34,976 bases of DNA, taken from assembly GCA_048939015.1 (NCBI GenBank), contig JBHLPW010000051.1:1-34976 (forward strand), read 5' to 3'. The translations under genes were made by a program, and so were the position numbers. Positions within the stretch are counted from its first letter, which is position 1, and each line of letters begins with the position of its first letter. The stretch comes from Promethearchaeota archaeon (GTDB taxonomy: Archaea > Asgardarchaeota > Lokiarchaeia > Sigyniarchaeales > SOKP01). The notes under the pieces are model-generated. The model saw only the letters and a program-made list of their open reading frames with translations, was not told the DNA's origin and did no database searches. This document shows positions 19,989 through 28,998 of the stretch, one piece after another.

Positions 19989-22349
19989 ATGAATAAACGA
20001 ATTAAGAAACTAAGAAAACAAAGTCGTGAAGCTATTCCGTATCTTTCCTTGGAACGTGCGTTATTAATAACAGAATTCTATGAGACTGGAACAGCCCATA
20101 TTTATACTCCTCCAGTTGCTAGAGCAAAAGCATTTAAGTATATCTTAGAAAATAAGAGAATTTGCATTAATGATGATGAGTTAATAGTTGGCGAACGAGG
20201 TCCAGAACCAAAAGCAACGCCTACATATCCAGAGGTATGTTGCCATAGTCTACATGATTTAGATGTTCTACACACACGCGATAAAATTTCTTTTAAGGTA
20301 ACTGAAGATACAAGACAAAAGACAGCAAATAAAATTATTCCCTTTTGGAAAGGCAGATCTATTCGTGATAAAATCTTCTCAAAAGTAGATGAAACATGGA
20401 TTAATGCATATGAAGCTGGTATTTTCACAGAGTTTATGGAACAGAGAGCGCCTGGGCATACTGTTGCTGGAAAGAACATATGGAATAAAGGTTTTTTAGG
20501 ATTTAAAAAAAATATTACTGAAAGCATAGAACAGTTAGATTTTTACAATGATCCTGAAGCTTATAATAAAAGAGAACAATTAATTGCCATGAATATTGCT
20601 GCTGATGCAATTATTGCTTTTGCTGAACGCCACGCTCAAGAGGCTAAATATTTAGCCAATATGGAGTTAGATCCTAAAAGAAAAGGTGAATTAGATAAAA
20701 TATCTGAGATATGTTCCCGTGTTCCTGCTCACGCCCCTAAGACTTTTTGGGAAGCACTCCAACACTATTGGTTCATTCATTTAGGCGTCATAACTGAATA
20801 TAATACATGGGACTCATTCAATCCAGGACGTTTAGACCAACACCTTTTTCCCTTCTTTAAAAATGATATAGAAAAAGGAATATTATCTAAGGATGAAGCA
20901 TATGAATTACTTCAAGCTTTTTGGGTGAAATTTAATAATCAACCCGCACCACCAAAGGTAGGTGTTACTGCTGAAGAAAGTAATACTTATACCGATTTTT
21001 GTAATATTAACTTAGGTGGTCTTGAAGATGATGGTTCCAATGCAGTTAATGAAATGTCCTATATACTCTTAGATGTTATTCAAGAAATGAGGATTTTACA
21101 ACCGAGTAGTAACGTTCAAATTAGCGTGAAAACACCTGATAGATTTTTAAAAAGAGCTCTTGAAATAGTTAAAACTGGCTTTGGACAACCATCAGTTTTC
21201 AATTGTGATGCTATAATTCAGGAATTGACCAGACAGGGTAAATCGATAATAGATGCCAGAAACGGTGGAGCAAGTGGTTGTGTTGAATCTGGTGCTTTTG
21301 GAAAAGAAGCATATATACTAACGGGATATTTTAATCTTGTGAAAATTTTGGAAGTAACTCTTCATAATGGTTTTGATCCTCTAACTAAGAAACAGATTGG
21401 GTTAAAGACGGGTGATCCTATCACATTTAAATTATTCGATGATTTTTTAGAAGCTTATAGGAAACAAGTGAATCATTTTGTAGATATAAAAATTAAAGGA
21501 AATCAAATAATTGAACAAATCTGGTCGCAAAATCCAGCACCTTTTTTATCAATATTAATTGATGATTGTATTAAAAAGGGAAAGGATTATAATAGCGGAG
21601 GAGCAAAATACAACACATCTTATATACAAATTGTGGGAATGGGTAGCATAACCGATTGTTTAACTTCTATAAAATATAATATATATGACAAAAAAATTAT
21701 CTCTATGGAAGATCTTCTGAAAGCGTTAGATAATAATTTTAAAGGTTATGATGTTTTACATCAGAAATTAGTTTATAAAACTCCTAAATATGGGAATGAT
21801 GACAATTATGCTGATTCCATTACGACCCAAGTTTTTAATATAGCTTATAATGCTATTGATAATCGTCCTAATACAAAAGGTGGTGTGCATCGTATTAATC
21901 TACTTCCTACTACTGTGCACATATACTTTGGTCAAGTAACTGGAGCTACACCAGATGGACGCATAGCTTTTAGTCCCTTATCTGAAGGCATCTCCCCAGT
22001 TCAGGGAATGGATATTAATGGCCCAACTGCAGTTATTAAATCTGCTGGGAAAATTGATCATTTAAGAACTGGTGGAACTCTATTAAATCAAAAATTCACC
22101 CCTCAATATTTTTCCGATGAAGAGAGGATTGATAACCTAGCTCACTTAATTAGAACATATTTCGAAATGAATGGTCATCATATACAATTTAATGTAGTTT
22201 CAGCAGATACCTTACGAGCTGCACAATCAAATCCAGAAAAATATAGAGATCTAATTGTACGAGTTGCCGGATATAGCGATTATTTTGTGAATTTAGGAAA
22301 GGAATTACAAGAAGAAATTATTAGAAGAACTGAGCATATTGCAATATAG
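19989..22349 (+). CDS. hypD: Glycyl radical enzyme, trans-4-hydroxy-L-proline dehydratase type
   Basis: RVAGYS glycyl loop, SGCVE cysteine loop; HypD-like motifs FTEFMEQRAPGH, NNQPAPPKVG..EES.TYTDF, GKEAYILTGY, LPTT.H.YFG. Confidence 0.85.
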   Translation: MNKRIKKLRKQSREAIPYLSLERALLITEFYETGTAHIYTPPVARAKAFKYILENKRICINDDELIVGERGPEPKATPTYPEVCCHSLHDLDVLHTRDKISFKVTEDTRQKTANKIIPFWKGRSIRDKIFSKVDETWINAYEAGIFTEFMEQRAPGHTVAGKNIWNKGFLGFKKNITESIEQLDFYNDPEAYNKREQLIAMNIAADAIIAFAERHAQEAKYLANMELDPKRKGELDKISEICSRVPAHAPKTFWEALQHYWFIHLGVITEYNTWDSFNPGRLDQHLFPFFKNDIEKGILSKDEAYELLQAFWVKFNNQPAPPKVGVTAEESNTYTDFCNINLGGLEDDGSNAVNEMSYILLDVIQEMRILQPSSNVQISVKTPDRFLKRALEIVKTGFGQPSVFNCDAIIQELTRQGKSIIDARNGGASGCVESGAFGKEAYILTGYFNLVKILEVTLHNGFDPLTKKQIGLKTGDPITFKLFDDFLEAYRKQVNHFVDIKIKGNQIIEQIWSQNPAPFLSILIDDCIKKGKDYNSGGAKYNTSYIQIVGMGSITDCLTSIKYNIYDKKIISMEDLLKALDNNFKGYDVLHQKLVYKTPKYGNDDNYADSITTQVFNIAYNAIDNRPNTKGGVHRINLLPTTVHIYFGQVTGATPDGRIAFSPLSEGISPVQGMDINGPTAVIKSAGKIDHLRTGGTLLNQKFTPQYFSDEERIDNLAHLIRTYFEMNGHHIQFNVVSADTLRAAQSNPEKYRDLIVRVAGYSDYFVNLGKELQEEIIRRTEHIAI

Positions 22350-22458
22350 CAATTCTTTTTCATATATTTTAAGCAATTAGTTCTATTTTCAATTGTGCAA
22401 ATTATTAAAATGCCAATTTTAAGGATTAGAAACTTTTTTCTTTTATCCTACATATATG

Positions 22459-22531
22459 TGTACATATTCAGTACATAGATTTATAAATGATAATTTCTTT
22501 TTTATTCTTATATGTACATGATCAGTACATA
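22459..22531 (+). promoter_or_regulatory. Promoter with TATA box (TTTATAAA 22480-22487) flanked by two 19-bp direct repeats TGTACATnnTCAGTACATA (22459-22477, 22513-22531); candidate operators
   Basis: 17/19 identical copies 54 bp apart; each has two GTACAT half-sites 11 bp apart; RBS GAGGTGA at 22543-22549. Confidence 0.7.
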
Positions 22532-22556
22532 TATAAAAAAAAGAGGTGATAAGATA

Positions 22557-23330
22557 ATGAGTAAAGAGAATTATGAGGAAATGATTAAGATTATAGTTAT
22601 TGGGGCTGCAGGAGTGGGTAAAACCGCATTAATTGAAAGTTTTTCCGATAAATCTCTATACAAAGATACAGCTCCAAAAACTGGTGTGAATTTATTTATT
22701 AAGAAAGTAAATATTGAGGGTAATGACTATAAACTTCAGTTTTGGGATATTGTTGATGATGACAAATTTGGATCACTTCAAACAATATACTACACAGGGG
22801 CCTCTGTTGTTCTTTATATATTTGATTTATCTAGACCCGAAACTTTTGATTATTTTCAAACACGTTTTAAGGATATTTGGACACAGGTTAAACAAGACAA
22901 GTGCCCTGTACTTGTAATTGGAAATAGACTTGATTTAGTCGAAAACCCAGAAATTATTGATAGAGAAAAATATCGTAATTTTGTGAAAGATGAAGGTTTA
23001 ATAGGTTATATTGAATTGAACTCAACAAACAATATTGATAGTCTAATAAACCAACTCCCTATTATTATTCAAAAAGCTTTAAAAAAGAGTATTCAAGTCA
23101 AATTTCTAGTCACTAGTAAAGAACTTGAAGAAATTAAAAGATTTGCTAAACGTTCTCATCAAACACAATCGGAATTTATTCGTACCGCAATATGGGAAAA
23201 AATTAAATCGATAAATTCACCCTCAAAAACTGAGAACTCATTAAAAGAAGAACTTCTAAAAGAAATATTAAGGTTAGAAGAATTGAAAAAAATTCGAGAA
23301 TTATTAGAAAGACAAGAAAAATTAAAGTAG
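22557..23330 (+). CDS. Rab-like small GTPase domain fused to a C-terminal ribbon-helix-helix (CopG/Arc/MetJ-like) domain and short coiled coil
   Basis: G1 GAAGVGKT, LQFWD, YYTGA, GNRLD; RHH pattern IQVKFLVTSKELEEIKRFAKRSHQTQSEFIRTAIWEKI at 23091-23204; RBS supports ATG 22557. Confidence 0.82.
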   Translation: MSKENYEEMIKIIVIGAAGVGKTALIESFSDKSLYKDTAPKTGVNLFIKKVNIEGNDYKLQFWDIVDDDKFGSLQTIYYTGASVVLYIFDLSRPETFDYFQTRFKDIWTQVKQDKCPVLVIGNRLDLVENPEIIDREKYRNFVKDEGLIGYIELNSTNNIDSLINQLPIIIQKALKKSIQVKFLVTSKELEEIKRFAKRSHQTQSEFIRTAIWEKIKSINSPSKTENSLKEELLKEILRLEELKKIRELLERQEKLK

Positions 23331-23356
23331 CCGAAAAGAATTTTATTTTTCAAGAA

Positions 23357-23372
23357 TTTTTCTTTTTTTTTT
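23357..23372 (+). terminator. Oligo-T terminator after the GTPase-RHH gene
   Basis: TTTTTCTTTTTTTTTT about 27 nt after the stop. Confidence 0.5.
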
Positions 23373-23477
23373 CTATCTTTTTCTATTTAATAATATATAT
23401 ATTCATAGAGTTTATTATGGAAATGTACAATCGGAATAACATAATTCAACAACACTATTAAGAATATAAGAAGATAA

Positions 23478-24548
23478 ATGAGTTTCGATTCAGATTTAAA
23501 TAAAGACAATCTTATTGATAACATTCCTGTCGACGAACGGTCGTACAACGCATTAATTCAATTATTGAAAAAAAAAACTGGATTAAATTTTAAATATTAT
23601 AATAGGAAATTTATAGAAAAACGTATAAAATCCCGAATGATAAGGGTTCCTTGTAAGACTCTTAATGACTATTATGATTATATCTCATCCAATAATGCTG
23701 AAGTCAAAAAATTTATAGATGGATTTACTGTAAATTATACTTTCTTTTTTCGCGATTATGATGTTTTCGAGACAATCCAAGATCTGTTTATGCAAGGTCT
23801 ACAAGTAAGTAGAAAAGATATCAAAAGTAGTATTAGACCCGATCCTACTAAACGAGCAAAATTTATGACAAAATCAAACGCAGTTAAAAATCTACACAAA
23901 AACCGTTATTTATCAGAAAAACCAGCAAAATTTTATATTGATATCTTTATTTTTCTTAATCAGCTCTCATATTATCAGAAAATGAAACATCCGAAAAGCG
24001 ATGGTAATTGTATTAATATATGGTCTTGTCCTTGTGCTACTGGAGAAGAACCATATTCCTTAGCAATGATCCTTGATAATCTTGAGACGCAAGTTCCACA
24101 ATTTCCAAATTATAAAATTGTAGCATCTGATATTGCTCATGAAGCTATTGAAAAAGCTAAAGTGGGTGTGTATACTGATGATTCAATGAAAGAAATTTCT
24201 GATTACTACGAAAACAAGTATTTCAAAAAAGAAAAAACACATTTTGGTTATAGAAATATAATAAGTGATAAAATTAAAAAAAAAATTGAATTTGTAGAAG
24301 AAGATATTACACAAGGGCATTGCAAACCCAACTACTATGATATTATCTTCTGTAGATACCTTTTAATATATTTCAATAGAGAAAACCGACATAAATTTTT
24401 AAAAATAATAGAAAATCGATTAGTTGAAAATGGAATTCTAATTTTAGGGAAAACCGAAACATTATTTGATTCTTGGGGTAATTTAAAATTAATAGATACT
24501 AACAATCGTATCTATATTAAATCTCGTTCCAAATTATATAGTAAATAA
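23478..24548 (+). CDS. cheR: CheR-family protein-glutamate O-methyltransferase with an internal insertion
   Basis: TVNYTFFFRD, IWSCPCATGEEPYSLAM, ASDI, YDIIFCRYLLIYF, LILGKTE. Confidence 0.88.
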   Translation: MSFDSDLNKDNLIDNIPVDERSYNALIQLLKKKTGLNFKYYNRKFIEKRIKSRMIRVPCKTLNDYYDYISSNNAEVKKFIDGFTVNYTFFFRDYDVFETIQDLFMQGLQVSRKDIKSSIRPDPTKRAKFMTKSNAVKNLHKNRYLSEKPAKFYIDIFIFLNQLSYYQKMKHPKSDGNCINIWSCPCATGEEPYSLAMILDNLETQVPQFPNYKIVASDIAHEAIEKAKVGVYTDDSMKEISDYYENKYFKKEKTHFGYRNIISDKIKKKIEFVEEDITQGHCKPNYYDIIFCRYLLIYFNRENRHKFLKIIENRLVENGILILGKTETLFDSWGNLKLIDTNNRIYIKSRSKLYSK

Positions 24549-24554
24549 CTTAGA

Positions 24555-25322
24555 TTAGATAATAAAGGGAATAAGCGCTTTTCGATTACTAGGGTAATCC
24601 GAAAAGGTTTTGATGTACCACTTATGAGTGGAACGTGCTCGTGGAGCAAGATTGGCAAAAGTCCATACAGCGAAAATTAACCCAGGAATACTCCATGTCA
24701 TGATTGCCCATCCAATCCATTCAGTAATTTCACCGAAATAACTAGGAGAACTAACATATTTAAACATACCACCATAAGGTATCCTAAATTCTGTTTCTCC
24801 TGGTTGTCTTAGGTTCCGAATTATATGATCTGAATGGAGATTGATTACAAATCCTATAAAAAAGATAATCATCCCTATAATGAATAGAGGATTTATAATC
24901 CATTCATTAGTATATGGATTAGAAAAATGATAGAGCCATCTTGCTTGTAGGTATGTATTTATACCATTAAAGGTTATTCCAAGAATGATAATAGTTATTG
25001 GCATTGGTCGCTTTCCACGAATTAGCAAAGGGAAAATAAAAGTACGCTGACAATAATGTAACATCCAAATTAACAGAAATATTTGACTCATTAACCCTAT
25101 GTTATGATCTCCAATGATATAATAGATAAAATAAATAATAACTGTTGGAATTTCCATTACAACCCAACCAAGTTTATCATTAATAGCTGGTCCCCATTTT
25201 TTACTCACATGCATTCCATATCCTGCTGTTATTTTTAGTAATACTAAAAAAAATATTATTGAAGAAAAACCAAAAGTAATCATTAAAAGTTGAAATATTT
25301 GAAACTCATCCATATTACTCAA
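24555..25322 (-). CDS. 3-oxo-5-alpha-steroid 4-dehydrogenase (SRD5A/DET2) family reductase
   Basis: GWVVMEIP, HYCQR, NLHSD, IPYGGMFKYVSSPSYFGE..EW, NLAPRA..H.WY, YP..RKALIPF. Confidence 0.9.
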   Translation of the reverse strand: MSNMDEFQIFQLLMITFGFSSIIFFLVLLKITAGYGMHVSKKWGPAINDKLGWVVMEIPTVIIYFIYYIIGDHNIGLMSQIFLLIWMLHYCQRTFIFPLLIRGKRPMPITIIILGITFNGINTYLQARWLYHFSNPYTNEWIINPLFIIGMIIFFIGFVINLHSDHIIRNLRQPGETEFRIPYGGMFKYVSSPSYFGEITEWIGWAIMTWSIPGLIFAVWTFANLAPRARSTHKWYIKTFSDYPSNRKALIPFII

Positions 25323-25424
25323 TTGTTCTTTTATTATCCCCTAATAACAAAATTAAATTCTTTCTAAGTTTTTAACGTTTAGATTTTTTTATTTAATTAT
25401 TAATATTATATAAAAAGTGAAAAT

Positions 25425-26165
25425 ATGTCTAGAGAAGATCAGCTAATAGCACAATTACAAAATGGTTCTCTTCGAGCAATAATATTCGATTTTGATGGTA
25501 CTTTATTAGATGTTCGTCACATTCTTGAAAAAGCAATCAAGGAAGTATTGGAAGACGAGGTAAAACAGACAGATTTTGATATGGAACAAACTATTCAGGA
25601 GATTGGAGCTTTATTAGAGACTATTCAAGGATATCCATTACCCAAAATCTTACTTGAGTCATATGAAATCTTTAAATATATAACTGTACTCAAAACTTTA
25701 TCTTATTTTAGACAATTACGTATTGCTGTTAAGATTTTTTCAAAATATTTAGAATATTCTAAAGAAGCGAAATTCTTTCCATCAGTCAAACCACTATTGA
25801 AAAAAATGGAGAAATCTTATGATCTTTTTATTGTATCTCATAATAAAACAGAAACAATTGTTGAACATCTTGAGAAAGAAGGTTTGAGTGGTTATTTTAA
25901 AGGGATTTATGGGAGTGACAAAATTCCAACTCAAAAACCAGATCCTATGGCACTTCAACCCCCACTTGAAAATTATGAAAAAAGAAACAGAGAAGAATTT
26001 TTAATGATTGGAGATATGCCATCAGATATTATTGCTGGACGTGAAGCGGGCATGTGGACTTTAGGAGTAGCGAGTGGGGTATCAAAAAGAGAAATTTTAA
26101 TGGAAAACAAACCAGATTTTCTAATTAATTCACTAGATGAAGTTTTACACTTGGTAAAAAAATAA
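25425..26165 (+). CDS. HAD-superfamily hydrolase (phosphoglycolate phosphatase-like)
   Basis: FDFDGTL, VSHN, KPDP, IGDMPSD. Confidence 0.9.
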   Translation: MSREDQLIAQLQNGSLRAIIFDFDGTLLDVRHILEKAIKEVLEDEVKQTDFDMEQTIQEIGALLETIQGYPLPKILLESYEIFKYITVLKTLSYFRQLRIAVKIFSKYLEYSKEAKFFPSVKPLLKKMEKSYDLFIVSHNKTETIVEHLEKEGLSGYFKGIYGSDKIPTQKPDPMALQPPLENYEKRNREEFLMIGDMPSDIIAGREAGMWTLGVASGVSKREILMENKPDFLINSLDEVLHLVKK

Positions 26166-26244
26166 TGTAGTCCTTAATTTTACTTTATTTAATCTATTCT
26201 TTTTTTCTTTTTATAACTAAGTGTTAGAACGCTATAGCACAGTG

Positions 26245-26371
26245 TTTTACAATTTTGTATTGAATAACTATAAAAATAAAGCAAACTTCCCTTTCCTTAA
26301 TCCAATTTTAATCAAAACTATGGATCAATATTAAGTTATGTTAAAAAAATAATATTGATAGGTATAAGAGA
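26245..26371 (+). repeat. Duplicated upstream region, copy 1 (copy 2 at 28999-29126)
   Basis: 33-bp identical core AATAACTATAAAAATAAAGCAAACTTCCCTTTC (26263-26295 = 29017-29049) plus further conserved blocks. Confidence 0.85.
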
Positions 26372-28759
26372 ATGAGAAAAACTAAAACAAAAGTATTTAT
26401 TCTACTATTACTTTTTCCGATGATTTTAAGCCTAGGATCGCTTACTACAATTGTAAAGGGTGAATCAAATATCCCAGAGCCAAGTCCTAACAACAGTTGG
26501 CATTGGGGTGTTAATATCGGTGATGTGTTTATGTTTGAATCGGAGCTAATTACTACCGATCCTACTACTCACGATGTAATAAACATGTATAGGAATATTG
26601 ATATATACAATATAACTTCTATTGTCAATCAAACAAGTGATCTTTATGGTTTTTATCCGTTTCAGCAAGTTTCAAAAGTTATAATCGATGTATTATGGGA
26701 AAGTTCTGTAGGATCATTATCCTTATCTCCTTTAACTGGTGCTCCTTTATGTATATTCGGGTATAATGAAACACTTAAGAAAGAGATTTACCAAATTGGA
26801 GCGGGAGGTATTACACCTTTTATATATCCCATCAATGACACTGTGTTAGACGTTGCGTCAATGGCGTCAGTATATAACGAAACTTTCTTAACTCCTATTA
26901 TCAATTCAATGGGTGTTTTCAATAAATTTGACTCTTTCAGCTATGATGTTGGTAAAACAGAAATTAAGTTCGAAAATACAACACATGGTTATTACTTTAG
27001 AGCCAGTTATTATCCGAATAATGGTACTTTAAAAGATATGGACGCTTATTACTTAATGAAATCGTATGATTGGATTGTTTTAAATGTGTCAGGAAAAAGA
27101 GTATTTAATCATGATGTTACTGATGAAATCGAATGGGGTGTAAATATTGGAGATGAATTATTTTACTATGTAAATCAAACTGGGTATGACACATATCTTT
27201 CAAGATTAAAAGTACTAGGATTTAATAAGGCTGTCTATTGGAGTAGTAATTGGACCATGTATCCTATGGATTGGCCAATGGTATTTGAGGAAGTATTAGT
27301 TGAAATTTCAGTTTGGAATGGTACAGGGTGGGATGTAGGACCGACTATCCCCTTAACAGCTGCGAATAATTTTTATCCAATGTGCTTACCACTAATGGAA
27401 ATGGGTGGTCAATCTGGGATAATTTTACCTACAAGTAGCACAGTCGAGGATTTTTTATTTATATTTAATAACTATACTGCTGATCTTACCCATTGGTTTC
27501 CTTTTGATACTGTCCATTACGATGTTTCTGGTAATATTCTGAATTTCACAATGTCACAATCGGGTAATGGTCAAGTAGCAGTGGGTGTATATAATCTCGG
27601 TACTGGATTAGTTGAATTACAATATGCAACTTATTTAGGAGAAATCCAAATGTGGTTCGAGTTAGCTGATCCATTAGTGGAATGGAACGTGGATATAGGA
27701 GATACTCTTTTCTTTAAGGAAAATTTTAATGAAGATATGCAAGAAGTTCGATATACTATAACATCTATTGAATACAATTTTGTAGATGTCACAACTATAG
27801 GCTTTCCTATTCCAACTGGTCAACCAAAATATCAATTTTTCACAGAACTATACGGTAATTTTTCTGTCTGGATGAAGGATACTGAAACATGGTATGATGC
27901 GGGTACAGCTTTAATTGCTGCTGCGAATGAATATTGGCCTATTTCCCCATACTCTATGATTGGGAGTATGCCGCTCTTAATGCCAGAAGGAACGGTTGTG
28001 AATGATTTACAATATTTGTTCAATGTCTTGTCAGTATGGTATGATGATATAAGCTATAGTCCCGGTCATGTTATCATGAGTAATACCACAGCATCTTCAG
28101 AATTCCATTTCTATTTTGATGAAACAACAGGCAGGATGACATTTCTAGGGGGAGATAATTATGCTGCGCATGAATGGTGGTATATATCAGCCTACCCTGA
28201 ATTCATTCAAAACCTTAATACAGGCACCAATCATTTCGTGCTTTCAGATAATTTTAATTTGGAACCCACAGTAACAGTTGAGATTGAAGCTGGAGCAACG
28301 GCTGCTGCCCCAGATTTCATATACGCTTTATTACCGTATAATCCACTTGGTATATCATTGCCTAATGGAACTGTTCTATTTTATATGGAACACAAGCTAA
28401 CTGGACACTCTGTAATAGTAGGAAACATCACGATGACGATACAATTTCCATCTTCAATTCAACTTAGTGAAAACTATATTTATCTTTACTCATTTAATAT
28501 GAGTGGGACAGGGGAATGGGATCTAGCACCTCCAGAATTCTATCAATACTCCGTAACGTATGATCTTGTCAATAATCGAATGACGTTTGAAATTGAAGTT
28601 ACTGGTCCTTATATGTTTTTATCTGCGGTATCCTATGAAGCAATACCCGAAGATGGCGGAGGTGAAACACCTCCAATACCAGGCTATGATTTATTCTTCT
28701 TAGCAATAGCAATGATAACTGTATCGGCAATAGTAGTTAAAAAAATACGGAAAAAATAA
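26372..28759 (+). CDS. Secreted, membrane-anchored surface glycoprotein with Loki-CTERM-type sorting tail (paralog A)
   Basis: Signal peptide, three ~190-210 aa repeats beginning W(G/N)V.IGD, many NxS/T sequons, C-terminal PPIPGYDL-TM-KKIRKK. Confidence 0.85.
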   Translation: MRKTKTKVFILLLLFPMILSLGSLTTIVKGESNIPEPSPNNSWHWGVNIGDVFMFESELITTDPTTHDVINMYRNIDIYNITSIVNQTSDLYGFYPFQQVSKVIIDVLWESSVGSLSLSPLTGAPLCIFGYNETLKKEIYQIGAGGITPFIYPINDTVLDVASMASVYNETFLTPIINSMGVFNKFDSFSYDVGKTEIKFENTTHGYYFRASYYPNNGTLKDMDAYYLMKSYDWIVLNVSGKRVFNHDVTDEIEWGVNIGDELFYYVNQTGYDTYLSRLKVLGFNKAVYWSSNWTMYPMDWPMVFEEVLVEISVWNGTGWDVGPTIPLTAANNFYPMCLPLMEMGGQSGIILPTSSTVEDFLFIFNNYTADLTHWFPFDTVHYDVSGNILNFTMSQSGNGQVAVGVYNLGTGLVELQYATYLGEIQMWFELADPLVEWNVDIGDTLFFKENFNEDMQEVRYTITSIEYNFVDVTTIGFPIPTGQPKYQFFTELYGNFSVWMKDTETWYDAGTALIAAANEYWPISPYSMIGSMPLLMPEGTVVNDLQYLFNVLSVWYDDISYSPGHVIMSNTTASSEFHFYFDETTGRMTFLGGDNYAAHEWWYISAYPEFIQNLNTGTNHFVLSDNFNLEPTVTVEIEAGATAAAPDFIYALLPYNPLGISLPNGTVLFYMEHKLTGHSVIVGNITMTIQFPSSIQLSENYIYLYSFNMSGTGEWDLAPPEFYQYSVTYDLVNNRMTFEIEVTGPYMFLSAVSYEAIPEDGGGETPPIPGYDLFFLAIAMITVSAIVVKKIRKK

Positions 28760-28998
28760 TAAAACATTAAATTTATTATTCTTTTTTTTTAAATCATTTT
28801 ATTTATTAATCATTTTTGGTGAAAAGTAATAATATTTATTGGTCTGTACCATTATTTATATTTGAAATTGGGGTGTCTGTTTTATACAATTTTGCACTAA
28901 TTTCAATCATTACTGAGATGCCAACAATTCCATTTGGATTAATATTTTATATGGTATTTCTTGATTCAGAAGATTTAACTCTTGATATTCCTATGCAT

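Noticed and set aside
19989-22349. Pyruvate formate-lyase call for the glycyl radical enzyme
   Set aside because: It has a single-Cys GCVE loop rather than the adjacent CC of PFL, and the motifs match HypD
22459-22531. The 19-bp repeat pair with a 35-bp spacer as a mini CRISPR array
   Set aside because: Only two short copies, the spacer contains a TATA box, and there are no cas genes
22512-22556. Upstream ATG start for the GTPase-RHH gene
   Set aside because: It lies at the second repeat box and upstream of a strong GAGGTGA RBS that points to ATG 22557
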